A stretch of DNA of 64,000 nt from Akkermansiaceae bacterium (GTDB lineage: Bacteria; Verrucomicrobiota; Verrucomicrobiia; Verrucomicrobiales; Akkermansiaceae), in the NCBI GenBank assembly GCA_051251915.1, contig JBPOGF010000013.1:1-64000 (forward strand), written 5' to 3'. Made by a program: the position numbers and the translations under genes. Below the pieces are notes generated by a model, which was not told the origin of the DNA, did not search any database, and saw only the letters and a list, made by a program, of their open reading frames with translations. Shown here one piece after another: positions 38,767 to 49,764 of the stretch. The stretch's first letter is position 1. Every line of letters starts with the position of its first letter.

Positions 38767-38775
38767 TCGCATCTC

Positions 38776-40137
38776 ATGAGTGAGCTATTTCCAGACGGCG
38801 CTCCAGAGGGCAACGCTAGTGAGCAAAATGCACCTAGCCATGATCAGCCCCTCGCCGCCCGACTACGCCCCAAAACCATCGATGACATTGCCGGCCAGCA
38901 ACACATCCTAGGCGAAGGTAAGCTTTTGCGACGAGCCATAGAAGCTGACCGCTTCTCATCACTCATCTTCTACGGACCACCAGGCACAGGCAAAACCACC
39001 CTAGCCACAGTCATCGCCCAGACCACCAATTCTCGGTTCGAAATGCTCAACGGCGTCGAGTCAAACGTCAGCGAGATCCGCGACAAAATTGCCCAAGCCC
39101 GCACCTGGAAACAGCTGCGGAATCAGACCACCATCTTATTCATCGATGAAATCCATCGCTTCAACAAAGCTCAACAAGACGTTTTACTCCCGCACATCGA
39201 GCGTGGCACCGTCCGCTTCATTGGAGCAACGACGCATAACCCCTACTACTACATCAACTCTCCCCTCACCTCCCGTTCACAAATTTTCCAGCTAGACCCC
39301 GTAAGCGTAGACGATCTCATTCCCGTGCTAAAAAAAGCACTAACAAACACTGAAATGGGCCTCGGCAAAGAACCCATCAAAGCAGATCCAGATGCCCTCA
39401 GACACATTGCAGAAAAAGCAGATGGTGATGTCCGCAAGGCTCTAACAGCCCTCGAACTAGCAGCTCTCACCACCCCAGAAAATGACACCGGCGAGATCCA
39501 TCTAACCCTAGAAATAGCAGCCGAGTCCATCCAACAAAAAGCCATCGTCTATGATGCCACAGGAGATGCTCATTACGACACCATTTCCGCCTATATCAAA
39601 TCCATCCGCGGCTCAGACCCTGATGCAGCTCTCTACTGGCTAGCTAAAATGTTAGTCGCTGGCGAAGATCCACGCTACATCGCTCGCAGAATGGTCATCT
39701 CAGCCAGTGAAGATATCGGTCTGGCAGACTCGAATGGTCTCCGCGTCGCCATGGATGCCCAGCAAGCATTTGAATTCCTCGGAATGCCAGAAGGCCGCAT
39801 CCCTCTCGCCCACGCCACCGTCTATCTAGCCACCTCACCAAAGTCTAACAGCGCTTACGCAGCACTCAATGAAGCGATGAGCGATGTTGAAAATGGCAAG
39901 ACACTAGCCGTCCCTGCTCACCTCCGCACACCCACTCGTAAAAAACTCGCATCAGCCTCTGGAACCAAAGACTCCGAACTAGAATATCATTATTCTCATT
40001 CCTATGAAGGAAACTACGTCCCGCAAGCGTATCTTCCTGAAGGCAGACAATATTATTCTCCGACAGAAAACGGTCTAGAAAAACGTATCAAAGAACGATT
40101 AGACTATTGGGCCGCGCAACATAAAAGCCCCAGCTAA
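38776..40137 (+). CDS. rarA: Replication-associated recombination protein A
   Basis: PLAARLRP, GPPGTGKTT, DEIHRFNKAQQD, KSIRGSDPDAA, SEDIGLAD. Confidence 0.97.
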   Translation: MSELFPDGAPEGNASEQNAPSHDQPLAARLRPKTIDDIAGQQHILGEGKLLRRAIEADRFSSLIFYGPPGTGKTTLATVIAQTTNSRFEMLNGVESNVSEIRDKIAQARTWKQLRNQTTILFIDEIHRFNKAQQDVLLPHIERGTVRFIGATTHNPYYYINSPLTSRSQIFQLDPVSVDDLIPVLKKALTNTEMGLGKEPIKADPDALRHIAEKADGDVRKALTALELAALTTPENDTGEIHLTLEIAAESIQQKAIVYDATGDAHYDTISAYIKSIRGSDPDAALYWLAKMLVAGEDPRYIARRMVISASEDIGLADSNGLRVAMDAQQAFEFLGMPEGRIPLAHATVYLATSPKSNSAYAALNEAMSDVENGKTLAVPAHLRTPTRKKLASASGTKDSELEYHYSHSYEGNYVPQAYLPEGRQYYSPTENGLEKRIKERLDYWAAQHKSPS

Positions 40138-40182
40138 GTTCAATCCACTTCAAACTTTCAAACTCTACTTCACACAAAACTT

Positions 40183-43100
40183 ATGATCAGATGGTTCACT
40201 AAAAATCACGTAGCTGCTAACGTTCTCATGTTAGCCATTATATTGTATGGATCATACCTCTCGTATTATAAGCTTGGTGTCGAAGTAGAACCAGCAATGA
40301 CCTTCCCACAAGTAGGTATCAAAATCCCCTACAAAGGAGCGTCACCTGACGCCATTGAAACTCAGATCATCCTCCCAGTAGAAAAAGCACTTGAAAACCT
40401 TGCCGGAATCAAGTCCATCACCGCTCACGCACATAAAGACCAAGCTCAGATCGAAGTCTACGTCACAGATAATGTCGATATCAAAGACATGAAAACCGAG
40501 ATTCAGTCTCGCGTCGAACGGATCTCTACATTCCCCCAAAACGATGACAAACCCGACTTCTATATTCCCGATACAGCCAACTGGAAAGAAGTTATCTCCG
40601 TAGCCGTCTACGGCGACCTTTCCGACACGGTCCTACTCACCGCTGCCAGAAAAGTGCGCGACGACCTCACAGCTCTACCTGGCATTTCAAAAGTCGACAT
40701 CAAAGGTGACGGATTAAAAGAAATTTCCATCGAAGTCCGCCCAGACAAACTAGACGCCTATGGACTCACCTTCAACGACGTCGTCAACGGAATCCGCCGA
40801 GCATCCGTAGATGTCTCTGCTGGCGGCATCAAGGCCAACGGAGAAAACGTCACCATCCGCTCTAACAACAAAGCCTACACCGGCGAAAACTTTGAAAACC
40901 TCATCGTTAAATCTATAAATGGCGCATCCATTAGAGTCTCAGATGTAGCAAACGTCATTGATAGTTTTGAAGAGAAACAAAAGGAATCCCAGCTCAACGG
41001 AATGCCTGTCCTCATGGTTGAAATAATGCGGCTCGATGGAGAAAACGCACTGACCACAGCAGACATCGTTCAAGACTACATCAAACGAGCCGCTGACACC
41101 TTCCCACCCGGCATCCACCTAGCAGCATGGGATGATGACTCCGTCAGTCTCCGAGGCCGCCTACACACGCTCTTCACTAACCTCCTCCAAGGCGCCGTCC
41201 TAGTCATGATCCTACTAGGCCTTTTCCTACGCCCCAAAATCGCCTTCTGGGTTACAATAGGTATCCCCGTCAGCTTCGCAGGTGCCGCCATTTCCATGTA
41301 CTACACCGGAATGACTGCCAACAACATGAGCTTGTTCGGCTTCATCATCGTTCTCGGCATGGTAGTAGACGACGCCATCGTCACAGGCGAAAACATCTAC
41401 GCCAAAGTCAAATCTGGCAAACACGAGCCCATGGAGGCCGCCATCATCGGCACCCAAGAAGTCGCTACTCCCGTCACATTCGGCATCATCACCACCATTG
41501 TAGCCTTCCTACCACTCATGTATTTTGATGATGGCTACATCGGCAACATGGCTAAACAAATCCCACTAGTCGTGATCCCAGTTCTCATTTTCTCCCTTAT
41601 CGAGTCTAAATTTATCCTCCCCGCACACCTCAAAAACCTTAAACCTGTATCTAAAGACAGCAATATCGTCGCCAGAATCCAAGACAAAGTGGCGAACATG
41701 ATGCATTGGTTTGTCGATAAACTCTACACACCTATCCTCAAACTAGCTATCTCACATCGCTACGCAGTATTACTCCTGTTCATCGGTATCCTAGCCATCA
41801 CCCGTGGCTACCAGACCAACCGCATGAAATTTAACTTCATTCCATCAACCGAGCGCTACTTCCTCTCCGCAGACCTAAGAATGAAAGAAGGAACCGAGCG
41901 ACAAATCACCGAAGCCAAACTCAATGAAATCCTCGAAGCCATCGAACCTCTCCGAGCATCATTTATCGATGAAGGTTCAGGAAAAAGCATCATTGGAAAT
42001 GTAGTCAGCACCCTAGGGGGCAGATCCAGCTGGGGCCAAGGAGGAGACCATGAGGCTAGTGTGAAACTAGAAGTCACACCACCCAGCTTACGTGTCAACA
42101 ACCACGTCAGAAATGCTGAAATTGTCGCCAAATGGCAAGAACTCACAGGCACTATCGAAGGAGCTGATCGCTTTGTAATCCGAGGAGAAAAAACACAAGG
42201 CAAGCACTCAGATAGAGGAAACGACGGCGGACTCTCACTCCAACTCAGAGGTAATAACGAAGATGATAAAGACATCGTCGTAGCCCAAATGCGCAAATGG
42301 CTCAAAGAGCAAGATGTCATCACCTCTACATGGGGCACCCGCGCCCAAGGACAACGCCAACTACAGATAGCTCTCAAACCCATCGCCAAGCAATCACAGC
42401 TAACCGAAGACGCCATCGCCAGCCAAATCCGCACAGCGTTTTATGGGCAGCAAATCCAGAAAATTCAGCGAGGAGAAGACGAAATCAAGGTCATGCTAAA
42501 ACTCCCCAAGGAAATGCGCACCTCATTCCACACACTTGAGTCACTACGCATCAACCTCAACAACGGACAAACAGCACCGTTCTCCCAGTTCGCCACCATC
42601 GCGGAAACAACCACTCCACCTAGAATCACGCGCGAAGACAACTCGCGAATCTACAACTTCGGAGCCATCGCCACAGGCATGAGCGAACTGCTAAAATTTG
42701 AGCCAACCATCACCGATAAAATGAATGAACTCTGCCTTGCATACCCATCCGTATCATGGAAATACACCGGTGAAGTGGCAGACCATCTCAACTCTAATAA
42801 CCGCACATTAATTCTCTTCCTCTTCCTCATGCTAGCCCTCTTTGCGCTACTAGCCATTCCGTTCAAGTCCTTCCTACAACCCATCTACGTCCTGCTCGCC
42901 GTTCCATTCGGAATCGTTGGAGCCATCTGGGGACATGCCATCTTAGGAGTTGATCTATCCATCTTGAGTTCATTTGGCATGCTCGCCCTAGCTGGAATCG
43001 TTGTGAATGACTCCCTAGTCATGGTTGACTACATCAACACCAGAAGACTCGAAGGAACACCACTCAGACAAGCAGTCATGGAAGCTGGCGCACGCAGATT

Positions 43101-43314
43101 CCGCCCCATCATCCTCACCTCTATCACCACATTCGTAGGCCTCATGCCCCTCATGTTTGAGACTTCTATCCAGGCTCAGTTCCTCATCCCTATGGCCATC
43201 TCATTAGGCTTTGGCATCCTATTTGCCACAGCGATCACTCTCTTCCTCATCCCATGCTGCTACATGATGGGTGAAGAAATCAAAGAACTCTGCCTCAAGC
43301 CATGGAGAGACTAA
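40183..43314 (+). CDS. RND efflux transporter permease (AcrB/D/F family)
   Basis: 1043 aa; GMVVDDAIV, GIVVNDS, RFRPIILTSITT. Confidence 0.95.
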   Translation: MIRWFTKNHVAANVLMLAIILYGSYLSYYKLGVEVEPAMTFPQVGIKIPYKGASPDAIETQIILPVEKALENLAGIKSITAHAHKDQAQIEVYVTDNVDIKDMKTEIQSRVERISTFPQNDDKPDFYIPDTANWKEVISVAVYGDLSDTVLLTAARKVRDDLTALPGISKVDIKGDGLKEISIEVRPDKLDAYGLTFNDVVNGIRRASVDVSAGGIKANGENVTIRSNNKAYTGENFENLIVKSINGASIRVSDVANVIDSFEEKQKESQLNGMPVLMVEIMRLDGENALTTADIVQDYIKRAADTFPPGIHLAAWDDDSVSLRGRLHTLFTNLLQGAVLVMILLGLFLRPKIAFWVTIGIPVSFAGAAISMYYTGMTANNMSLFGFIIVLGMVVDDAIVTGENIYAKVKSGKHEPMEAAIIGTQEVATPVTFGIITTIVAFLPLMYFDDGYIGNMAKQIPLVVIPVLIFSLIESKFILPAHLKNLKPVSKDSNIVARIQDKVANMMHWFVDKLYTPILKLAISHRYAVLLLFIGILAITRGYQTNRMKFNFIPSTERYFLSADLRMKEGTERQITEAKLNEILEAIEPLRASFIDEGSGKSIIGNVVSTLGGRSSWGQGGDHEASVKLEVTPPSLRVNNHVRNAEIVAKWQELTGTIEGADRFVIRGEKTQGKHSDRGNDGGLSLQLRGNNEDDKDIVVAQMRKWLKEQDVITSTWGTRAQGQRQLQIALKPIAKQSQLTEDAIASQIRTAFYGQQIQKIQRGEDEIKVMLKLPKEMRTSFHTLESLRINLNNGQTAPFSQFATIAETTTPPRITREDNSRIYNFGAIATGMSELLKFEPTITDKMNELCLAYPSVSWKYTGEVADHLNSNNRTLILFLFLMLALFALLAIPFKSFLQPIYVLLAVPFGIVGAIWGHAILGVDLSILSSFGMLALAGIVVNDSLVMVDYINTRRLEGTPLRQAVMEAGARRFRPIILTSITTFVGLMPLMFETSIQAQFLIPMAISLGFGILFATAITLFLIPCCYMMGEEIKELCLKPWRD

Positions 43315-43331
43315 AACCTCTCCACGCGGTA

Positions 43332-43949
43332 TTATTTAGCCATAAACCCAGCCTCGCAAAATGCCACCGCATCCTTAAGGTAATCATCAACATCCAGCGC
43401 CGCATCATTCCTTGATGCCTTTGCTGCCAGTCCCGAAAACGATTGGAACATAAAGACTGCACCAGTTGAGAAAATCAACTTCTCCAACGCTTTCTGAGGA
43501 ACTAACCCCGGACACTGAGCTCGTATTGCTATCCCAAAAATCTGATAAACATCACCGAACGAGTCCAACACCTTCATAGGAACATCGTAATCTCGGTCAA
43601 TCAAATATCTAGCCATTAACCTAGCAAGCATATCAGAACAACCACCATATTCCTCAGGACAAACTACAGGCCGTATATATGCCTCGATCAAGGCATTCAA
43701 CTTCACATTCTCAACCCCACCACATTCGTCCCCCGCTTTCTTAAGCAATCGAACTCTCTGTTTATTCATCGGAACTAACACCTCAATCACAATTTCCTGA
43801 ATCAAACCAGACTTACTCCCAAAATGATAATTTATCGATGCCAGATTCACATCAGCATCCTGAGTAACATCTCTAACGGAAACAGCCTCAAAGCCATCCT
43901 TAGCAAAAAGCCTCCATGCCGACTTCAGTATTTTCTCGCGAGTTTTCAT
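43332..43949 (-). CDS. TetR/AcrR family regulator
   Basis: SVRDVTQDADVNLASINYHFGSK. Confidence 0.93.
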   Translation of the reverse strand: MKTREKILKSAWRLFAKDGFEAVSVRDVTQDADVNLASINYHFGSKSGLIQEIVIEVLVPMNKQRVRLLKKAGDECGGVENVKLNALIEAYIRPVVCPEEYGGCSDMLARLMARYLIDRDYDVPMKVLDSFGDVYQIFGIAIRAQCPGLVPQKALEKLIFSTGAVFMFQSFSGLAAKASRNDAALDVDDYLKDAVAFCEAGFMAK

Positions 43950-43951
43950 GA

Positions 43952-44530
43952 TTAGTTAATTTGTAAACTAACTACAGTCGGGTCAAAAAGTTCCGGATTA
44001 AAGTCATCATCCATCCACGCCACGTCACCTTCCTGCGCACTCATATACCCCCAAGTCCCTCCACAATCCTCTGGAGGACATGCCCGTTCCCCTTCCAGTA
44101 ACTCAGCATCAACTTCCTCGCCCTCGTCTAACTCCTTCACCTGCTCAAACACCAACTCATGCACCCAGTCCTCTAAAAAGTCATACCTGTAAAGCATCCG
44201 TAAAGGTAATTTTTTGCGCTTAAGAAATTCGTCAATACTGATCTCATTCTCATCATTAAATTTCCCCTCCACCACTATATCTTCATCATTCGGACCTATG
44301 ACATTGGTCAAATTCTTGCCCTTGCCATAGCGGAATTCATGCTGCTGTTTATTCTCCCAGCCCATTGCCAGTTGAATAGTCTCGTGCAAGTCAGCGAACG
44401 TCGCGCTACCAGAAATAGTGAACCTCCGCCAGATCTGTGGAGAAATTTCATAGAGAAAAACCTTAAGTGTGTGTTTTGTTGGACTCTTTGACATAACAGT
44501 AAGATATGTCAAAAGCCCTATGGTGATCAA
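43952..44530 (-). CDS. pRiA4b ORF-3 family protein
   Basis: PQIWRRF, LHETIQLAMGW, YRYDFLEDW, ACPPEDCGG. Confidence 0.88.
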   Translation of the reverse strand: MITIGLLTYLTVMSKSPTKHTLKVFLYEISPQIWRRFTISGSATFADLHETIQLAMGWENKQQHEFRYGKGKNLTNVIGPNDEDIVVEGKFNDENEISIDEFLKRKKLPLRMLYRYDFLEDWVHELVFEQVKELDEGEEVDAELLEGERACPPEDCGGTWGYMSAQEGDVAWMDDDFNPELFDPTVVSLQIN

Positions 44531-44533
44531 GTA

Positions 44534-45298
44534 TCAATCGCTAACTAGAGCATTTTCCATAGTTCCAGTCCTAATAAAATCATTCACCATCTTCATCACG
44601 AGGAGATCGCTGCTGATAAAAGTATGATCTGCATTCACCACTTTGAATTCCTTGATCCCAAATAACCGCCCCTTTTCCACTGACACTATCCCATCATTTG
44701 AAGCATCTAGAAGCTTCCTGAAAAACGGTAACGCGCTTTTCTCTCCCATAATCACCGCAGCCTCCACCCCTGCACGGAATTCCTCAGACTGGCGAGATCC
44801 GGCCATCCGCTCGCTACTTAGAAACTCCCCCGCTGGACCTAACACACTCTTGATCGGTCTCAGGGGAGAGTTTCTTAGCCAATCTACTATCTCGCTACCT
44901 CTATGAGGCGGCGCTAGCATCACAACACGACCAATATTCTCAACCTGACTAGCTTCTAACAGATCTAACAACCTTTTCACCACCACACCACCTAGCGAGT
45001 GCGTGACAAAATGAATTGTTTTACCCTGCTCTATCCACGGCTGAACCTCAGCTCTAACCACATTTACCAACTCATCTAAGTCACGCCGAAACGATGCGTA
45101 TGGCAGATTCACCGTAGTGTAACCCTGCACAGATAAGTGCCTAGCCATCGGTTGCATAGCCCTAACGGAACGCCATAACCCATGCAGCATGACCACCACT
45201 TCTTGGCCATTTCTATCATCCACCACAGGCTTATCCCATGGCAATGGAGGTGAAAGTACCCCGATCCGTTTGACTTGATATGTCAGATTCATGATCAT
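44534..45298 (-). CDS. Alpha/beta hydrolase (lipase/esterase-like)
   Basis: LHGL, THSLGG, NDGIVS, DHTF. Confidence 0.88.
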   Translation of the reverse strand: MIMNLTYQVKRIGVLSPPLPWDKPVVDDRNGQEVVVMLHGLWRSVRAMQPMARHLSVQGYTTVNLPYASFRRDLDELVNVVRAEVQPWIEQGKTIHFVTHSLGGVVVKRLLDLLEASQVENIGRVVMLAPPHRGSEIVDWLRNSPLRPIKSVLGPAGEFLSSERMAGSRQSEEFRAGVEAAVIMGEKSALPFFRKLLDASNDGIVSVEKGRLFGIKEFKVVNADHTFISSDLLVMKMVNDFIRTGTMENALVSD

Positions 45299-45378
45299 CA
45301 GAATACATCAATCTACAAAAATAGGTCATCGAATAAAATAAAAGAACATCACTCAAATCGATGTTCCTCGCTCAATAA

Positions 45379-45783
45379 TTACTTCGTAACGTACTCAACT
45401 ATCGTCTGATGATACGGAATCAACACATAACAAGCCGCCACTAATGCGACCAAGATCTTTAATGACTTGATCGGTTTAATTAGAAACAAAATAGGAGACG
45501 CCGACACCACAAGTTTGAGGATTAATATCCAACCATCCTTCCCTGTATACCTAGAAAGAATTAACTCCTTAGTAGCTGCATCAGCACCAGAATACTCCGT
45601 ATACAAATCCTTAAACATCACAACAGCAGCAATCCCCGCCGTGATGATAAATACATAAATCAACAACTGCAACAAACCCGAGTTCGATAACGATTTCTTT
45701 ACCAAACCCAGCCCAGCCAACCAAAACATGCCCCAAGCAGCACCCACGGCAATAAATTTGGCTAATTCATAGATTTGTTCCAT
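45379..45783 (-). CDS. Hypothetical membrane protein
   Basis: Four hydrophobic segments. Confidence 0.7.
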   Translation of the reverse strand: MEQIYELAKFIAVGAAWGMFWLAGLGLVKKSLSNSGLLQLLIYVFIITAGIAAVVMFKDLYTEYSGADAATKELILSRYTGKDGWILILKLVVSASPILFLIKPIKSLKILVALVAACYVLIPYHQTIVEYVTK

Positions 45784-45813
45784 CGAAAAAACTGGATGCT
45801 ACATCATCAATGA

Positions 45814-46164
45814 TTAGTTTTCCCACTCTACCACCGCTGCAGTCTCCCAGAGGTCTTCCAAAGCATAAAGACTACGCATGTCTTCTAACATTACATGAAC
45901 CATCACATCGACATAATCTAACACTACCCATCGTGCATCAGGATTCCCATCAGAACTATGCGGCTGCTCATCATATTTCTCCTGCACATTCTTACCGATG
46001 TCGCGCATGATTGCCTTAAGATGCGGCATTGATGTGCCAGAACAGATCACGATGAAATCCGTGATCGGTGATAATCCACGTACATCCAACACCTTGATGT
46101 CTTCTGCCTTGTTTTCGTCTGCGGCTAGCGCGCATGCTTTTGCCAATTCTATTCCTGCTATCAT
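45814..46164 (-). CDS. rsfS: Ribosome silencing factor
   Basis: KAEDIKVLDV, WVVLDYVDVMVHV, YALEDLW. Confidence 0.96.
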   Translation of the reverse strand: MIAGIELAKACALAADENKAEDIKVLDVRGLSPITDFIVICSGTSMPHLKAIMRDIGKNVQEKYDEQPHSSDGNPDARWVVLDYVDVMVHVMLEDMRSLYALEDLWETAAVVEWEN

Positions 46165-46306
46165 TTATTAAGTATTCTAAATTGTTCTGTGTCAGATGCC
46201 ATAAAAAAAGCAATCTATTTAGTCATCTTCGCGAGACCTAGTCCGACACCTCCATTGTCACCCCCCACTATTACCATTTCTCACTGAATTCAAAATAATG
46301 ATGAAA

Positions 46307-46382
46307 TGGTGGAGCATAGCGGAATCGAACCGCTGACCTCCTGCATGCCATGCAGGCGCTCTACCAATTGAGCTAATGCCCC
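46307..46382 (-). tRNA. tRNA-Ala(GGC)
   Basis: GGGGCATTAGCTCAATTGGTAGAGCGCCTGCAT-GGC-ATGCAGGAGGTCAGCGGTTCGATTCCGCTATGCTCCACCA; G3-U70 pair, encoded CCA. Confidence 0.97.
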
Positions 46383-46641
46383 TCTATTCAATCTCGATGA
46401 AACTCGAATAAGTCTCAACTAGTGTTAGATGCGGATTGGAATTATCCCTTATACTCGAAGTTTGCAAGATTTTTATTTTGAATAAATTCTCATCAGTAAA
46501 CAATCCATCATATCACCACATAAAAGCAAGCCTCTCATCAGTTACCTCTCTCACCTTTCAACTGATATGCCTAACTACAAAAAGTCCTAAAATCGTATTC
46601 TTTAGACTTGCATATCAGACACCTTTAGAGTTGTCTCCCAC

Positions 46642-48096
46642 ATGGCAGAGATTTCTTTAGGACTTTCATTTGACGACGTTCTCCTCGTTCCCCAGCACAG
46701 CGCTGTGATCCCGAACGAAACGAACATTTCATCATGGTTAACGCAAAACATTGGGCTCAATATCCCAGTCGTTTCCGCAGCCATGGACTCAGTTTCAGAA
46801 GCTGAACTTGCAATGGCACTCGCCCGCGAAGGCGGTATCGGCGTCATTCACCGCAACAACACCATCGCAGAACAAGCCGCCATGGTCTCAAAGGTGAAAC
46901 GCTCAGAAAATGCCGTCATCTACGACCCATACACCGTTAACAAAAATATGGTCGTAGCTGAGATTCGCCAAATCATGAACGATGAAGGATTCGCAGGTTT
47001 CCCAGTCGTAGGTGAAGGAAAAATGCTCGAAGGAATGGTCACCGAGCGTGACGTCAGACACAGCGCCAACGAAACACGCAAAGTCTCTGAGGTAATGACA
47101 CCCATCGAGAGACTCGTCACAGCACCGGCCAACACCACCATCGAAGAAGCACGCCGCATCCTCTACGTAAACCGTATCGAAAAATTACCACTCGTTAACT
47201 CTGATGGCACACTAGCTGGTCTCATCACAGGAGCTGACATCGAGAAACGCCTCCTATTCACCAGCGCCGCCAAAGATGCCAATGGAAGACTCCGCTGTGG
47301 AGCTGCAGTAGGTCCAGGACCAGAATGCGTTGAGCGTGCACAAGCACTCATCGCAGCTGGAGCAGACGCACTATTTATCGATGCCGCCACTGGTCATACC
47401 AGCCGCGTCATGGAAGTCATCTCCACCCTCCGTGGATTAGGAGACACCCCCATCGTGGCAGGGAACGTAGTCACCCGCCAAGGCGCAGAAGACCTCGTAA
47501 ACGCCGGCGCTTCAGCCGTCAAAGTAGGTGTCGGCCCCGGCTCCATCTGCACCACACGTATAGTCGCAGGTGTAGGTATGCCTCAGTTCACAGCCATCCA
47601 AAACGTCGCAGGCTACTGCCGAGACAAAGGCGTAGCAGTCATCGCAGACGGCGGCATCCGCTACTCAGGTGATGTAGTAAAAGCCATCGCGGCCGGCGCA
47701 GACCTCGTCATGCTAGGCTCCATCCTCGCTGGAACCCGTGAGTCACCAGGAAACATGGTCCACTATCAAGGAAGAAGATTTAAGTCATACCGAGGCATGG
47801 GGTCACTAGGTGCCATGAACAAAGGATCAAAAGACCGCTACAGCCAAAACGCCTCCGGCAAAATGGTAGCAGAAGGCGTAGAAGGTCGCGTCCCATACAA
47901 AGGGCCACTCACAGACGTCATATTCCAACTCATGGGCGGACTCAAATCAGGACTCGGATACGTCGGAGCAGACAGCCTAAACTCACTCCGCGAGCGCGCC
48001 ACATTCACCCAGATCACTGCAGGTGGCCTCCGTGAATCCCACGCTCACGACATCACCATCACAGAAGAGCCCACCAACTACCAACCAGTAGGCTAG
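46642..48096 (+). CDS. guaB: IMP dehydrogenase
   Basis: [11 protein letters not shown] pair, [20 protein letters not shown]. Confidence 0.98.
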   Translation: MAEISLGLSFDDVLLVPQHSAVIPNETNISSWLTQNIGLNIPVVSAAMDSVSEAELAMALAREGGIGVIHRNNTIAEQAAMVSKVKRSENAVIYDPYTVNKNMVVAEIRQIMNDEGFAGFPVVGEGKMLEGMVTERDVRHSANETRKVSEVMTPIERLVTAPANTTIEEARRILYVNRIEKLPLVNSDGTLAGLITGADIEKRLLFTSAAKDANGRLRCGAAVGPGPECVERAQALIAAGADALFIDAATGHTSRVMEVISTLRGLGDTPIVAGNVVTRQGAEDLVNAGASAVKVGVGPGSICTTRIVAGVGMPQFTAIQNVAGYCRDKGVAVIADGGIRYSGDVVKAIAAGADLVMLGSILAGTRESPGNMVHYQGRRFKSYRGMGSLGAMNKGSKDRYSQNASGKMVAEGVEGRVPYKGPLTDVIFQLMGGLKSGLGYVGADSLNSLRERATFTQITAGGLRESHAHDITITEEPTNYQPVG

Positions 48097-48146
48097 AGCA
48101 AAGCTCCAATTTAAACCATCAATCACAAATTTCAAATCAGCTAACC

Positions 48147-49670
48147 ATGCAAGAAATCAACCACGTAGCCGTCCTAGACTTCGGCTCCCAATACACCCAA
48201 CTCATCGTCCGTCGCGTCCGTGAGCTAGGCTACTTCGCCAAACTCTACCAACCAGAAAACCTCGCCAATATCGGCACACCAGGAGCCATCATCCTCTCAG
48301 GAGGACCATCATCCACCAGTGATGAAGACGCACCAGACATCGACTTCGAGCGACTAAAATCCTACAACGTCCCCGTCCTCGGAGTCTGTTACGGAATGCA
48401 ACTCCTCAACATCAAATTCGGCGGCTCCGTAAAATCCAGCAAACACCGCGAATACGGCCAAGCAGGTCTCTTCCCTGTCACAACAGAAGGACTCTACTCC
48501 GGCATCTCAGCAGAAAGCCAGGTCTGGATGAGCCACTCAGACACCGTAGATCACCTCGCTGACAACTGCACAGTCATCGCCAAAAACCAACACGGAACAC
48601 CAGTATCCCTCCAGTGGGGAGACTCCTTCTACGGTATCCAATACCACCCAGAAGTCACTCACTCACACGAAGGAACCCAAATCCTCAAAAACTTCCTAGA
48701 TACAGCCGGTGAACTCGCTGTATTCTATATCGAAGACTTCAAACAAGAAATCATCGCAGAAATCCGCGAACGCTGCGGAGACAAACAAGTCGTCTGTGGA
48801 GTCTCAGGCGGAGTAGATTCCACCGTCCTCGCCGTCCTTCTCAATGAAGCCGGCGTCAACGTCCAAGCCATCTACGTCGACCAAGGCCTAATGCGCAAAA
48901 ACGAAACCGCTGAAGTAGAAGCCAACTTCAAACGCATGGGAGTTCCCATCACCGTCGTAGACGCCTCAGAAAGATTCCTCACAGCACTCGCCGGAGAAGC
49001 GGACCCAGAGAAAAAGCGCAAAATCATCGGCAACATGTTTATCGACGTCTTCTGGGACGCAGTCGGCAACGCAGAAATGCTCGCCCAAGGCACCCTCTAC
49101 CCAGATGTCATCGAGTCCGCATCCAACGAGAACTCAAAAGCCTCCACCATCAAGACTCACCACAACAGAGTCGCTCGCATCCTAGAAATGCAAAAACAAG
49201 GCAAAGTCCTCGAACCCCTCGCTGAACTATTCAAAGACGAAGTCCGCGAACTCGGAGCCACCATGGGCATCGCCCCAGACATCCTAAACCGTCACCCATT
49301 CCCAGGACCAGGACTAGCAGTCCGCTGCCCAGGTGACCTCACCAAGGAAAAACTAGACATCATTCGCGACTGCGACGCCATCTTCATCGAAGAACTAAAA
49401 GCCAGCGGCTGGTACGAAAAAACCTGGCAAGCATACGCCGGCCTCATCCCAGTAAAAACCGTCGGAGTCAAAGGAGACGAACGCAGTTACGAGTTCGCCA
49501 CCAACCTCCGCGCCGTCATCTCAGAAGACGCCATGACAGCAGACTGGGTAGACCTCCCCACCCCACTCCTCAGAAAAGTCTCCAGCCGCATCCTCAACGA
49601 AGTAGACGGCATCAACAGAGTCCTCTACGACATCTCCAGTAAACCCCCAGCATCCATCGAATGGGAATAA
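48147..49670 (+). CDS. guaA: GMP synthase (glutamine-hydrolysing)
   Basis: DFGSQY, GVCYGMQ, SGGVDS, KTHHN, SKPPASIEWE. Confidence 0.98.
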   Translation: MQEINHVAVLDFGSQYTQLIVRRVRELGYFAKLYQPENLANIGTPGAIILSGGPSSTSDEDAPDIDFERLKSYNVPVLGVCYGMQLLNIKFGGSVKSSKHREYGQAGLFPVTTEGLYSGISAESQVWMSHSDTVDHLADNCTVIAKNQHGTPVSLQWGDSFYGIQYHPEVTHSHEGTQILKNFLDTAGELAVFYIEDFKQEIIAEIRERCGDKQVVCGVSGGVDSTVLAVLLNEAGVNVQAIYVDQGLMRKNETAEVEANFKRMGVPITVVDASERFLTALAGEADPEKKRKIIGNMFIDVFWDAVGNAEMLAQGTLYPDVIESASNENSKASTIKTHHNRVARILEMQKQGKVLEPLAELFKDEVRELGATMGIAPDILNRHPFPGPGLAVRCPGDLTKEKLDIIRDCDAIFIEELKASGWYEKTWQAYAGLIPVKTVGVKGDERSYEFATNLRAVISEDAMTADWVDLPTPLLRKVSSRILNEVDGINRVLYDISSKPPASIEWE

Positions 49671-49718
49671 ACTAAAAAAGGAATTCAAAACGAACTCAAC
49701 TTAAACACAAAACGGCAC
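49560..49718 (+). repeat. Direct repeat copy 1 (guaA 3' end plus 48 nt downstream)
   Basis: Near-identical to 51192-51351. Confidence 0.92.
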
Positions 49719-49746
49719 CCAAGCATTCGCTTAGGTGCCGTTTTTT
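49709..49746 (+). terminator. Rho-independent terminator after guaA, probably bidirectional
   Basis: AAAACGGCACC...GGTGCCGTTTTTT. Confidence 0.88.
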
Positions 49747-49764
49747 AAATAACTAAAACGTACG

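Noticed and set aside
43952..44530. Plasmid or mobile element implied by the pRiA4b ORF-3 family name
   Set aside because: Sits in a chromosomal run with host-like skew and no mobility genes or boundaries
46307..46382. tRNA-Ala as an island integration site
   Set aside because: No integrase and no duplicated tRNA 3' end seen; flanked by rsfS and guaB
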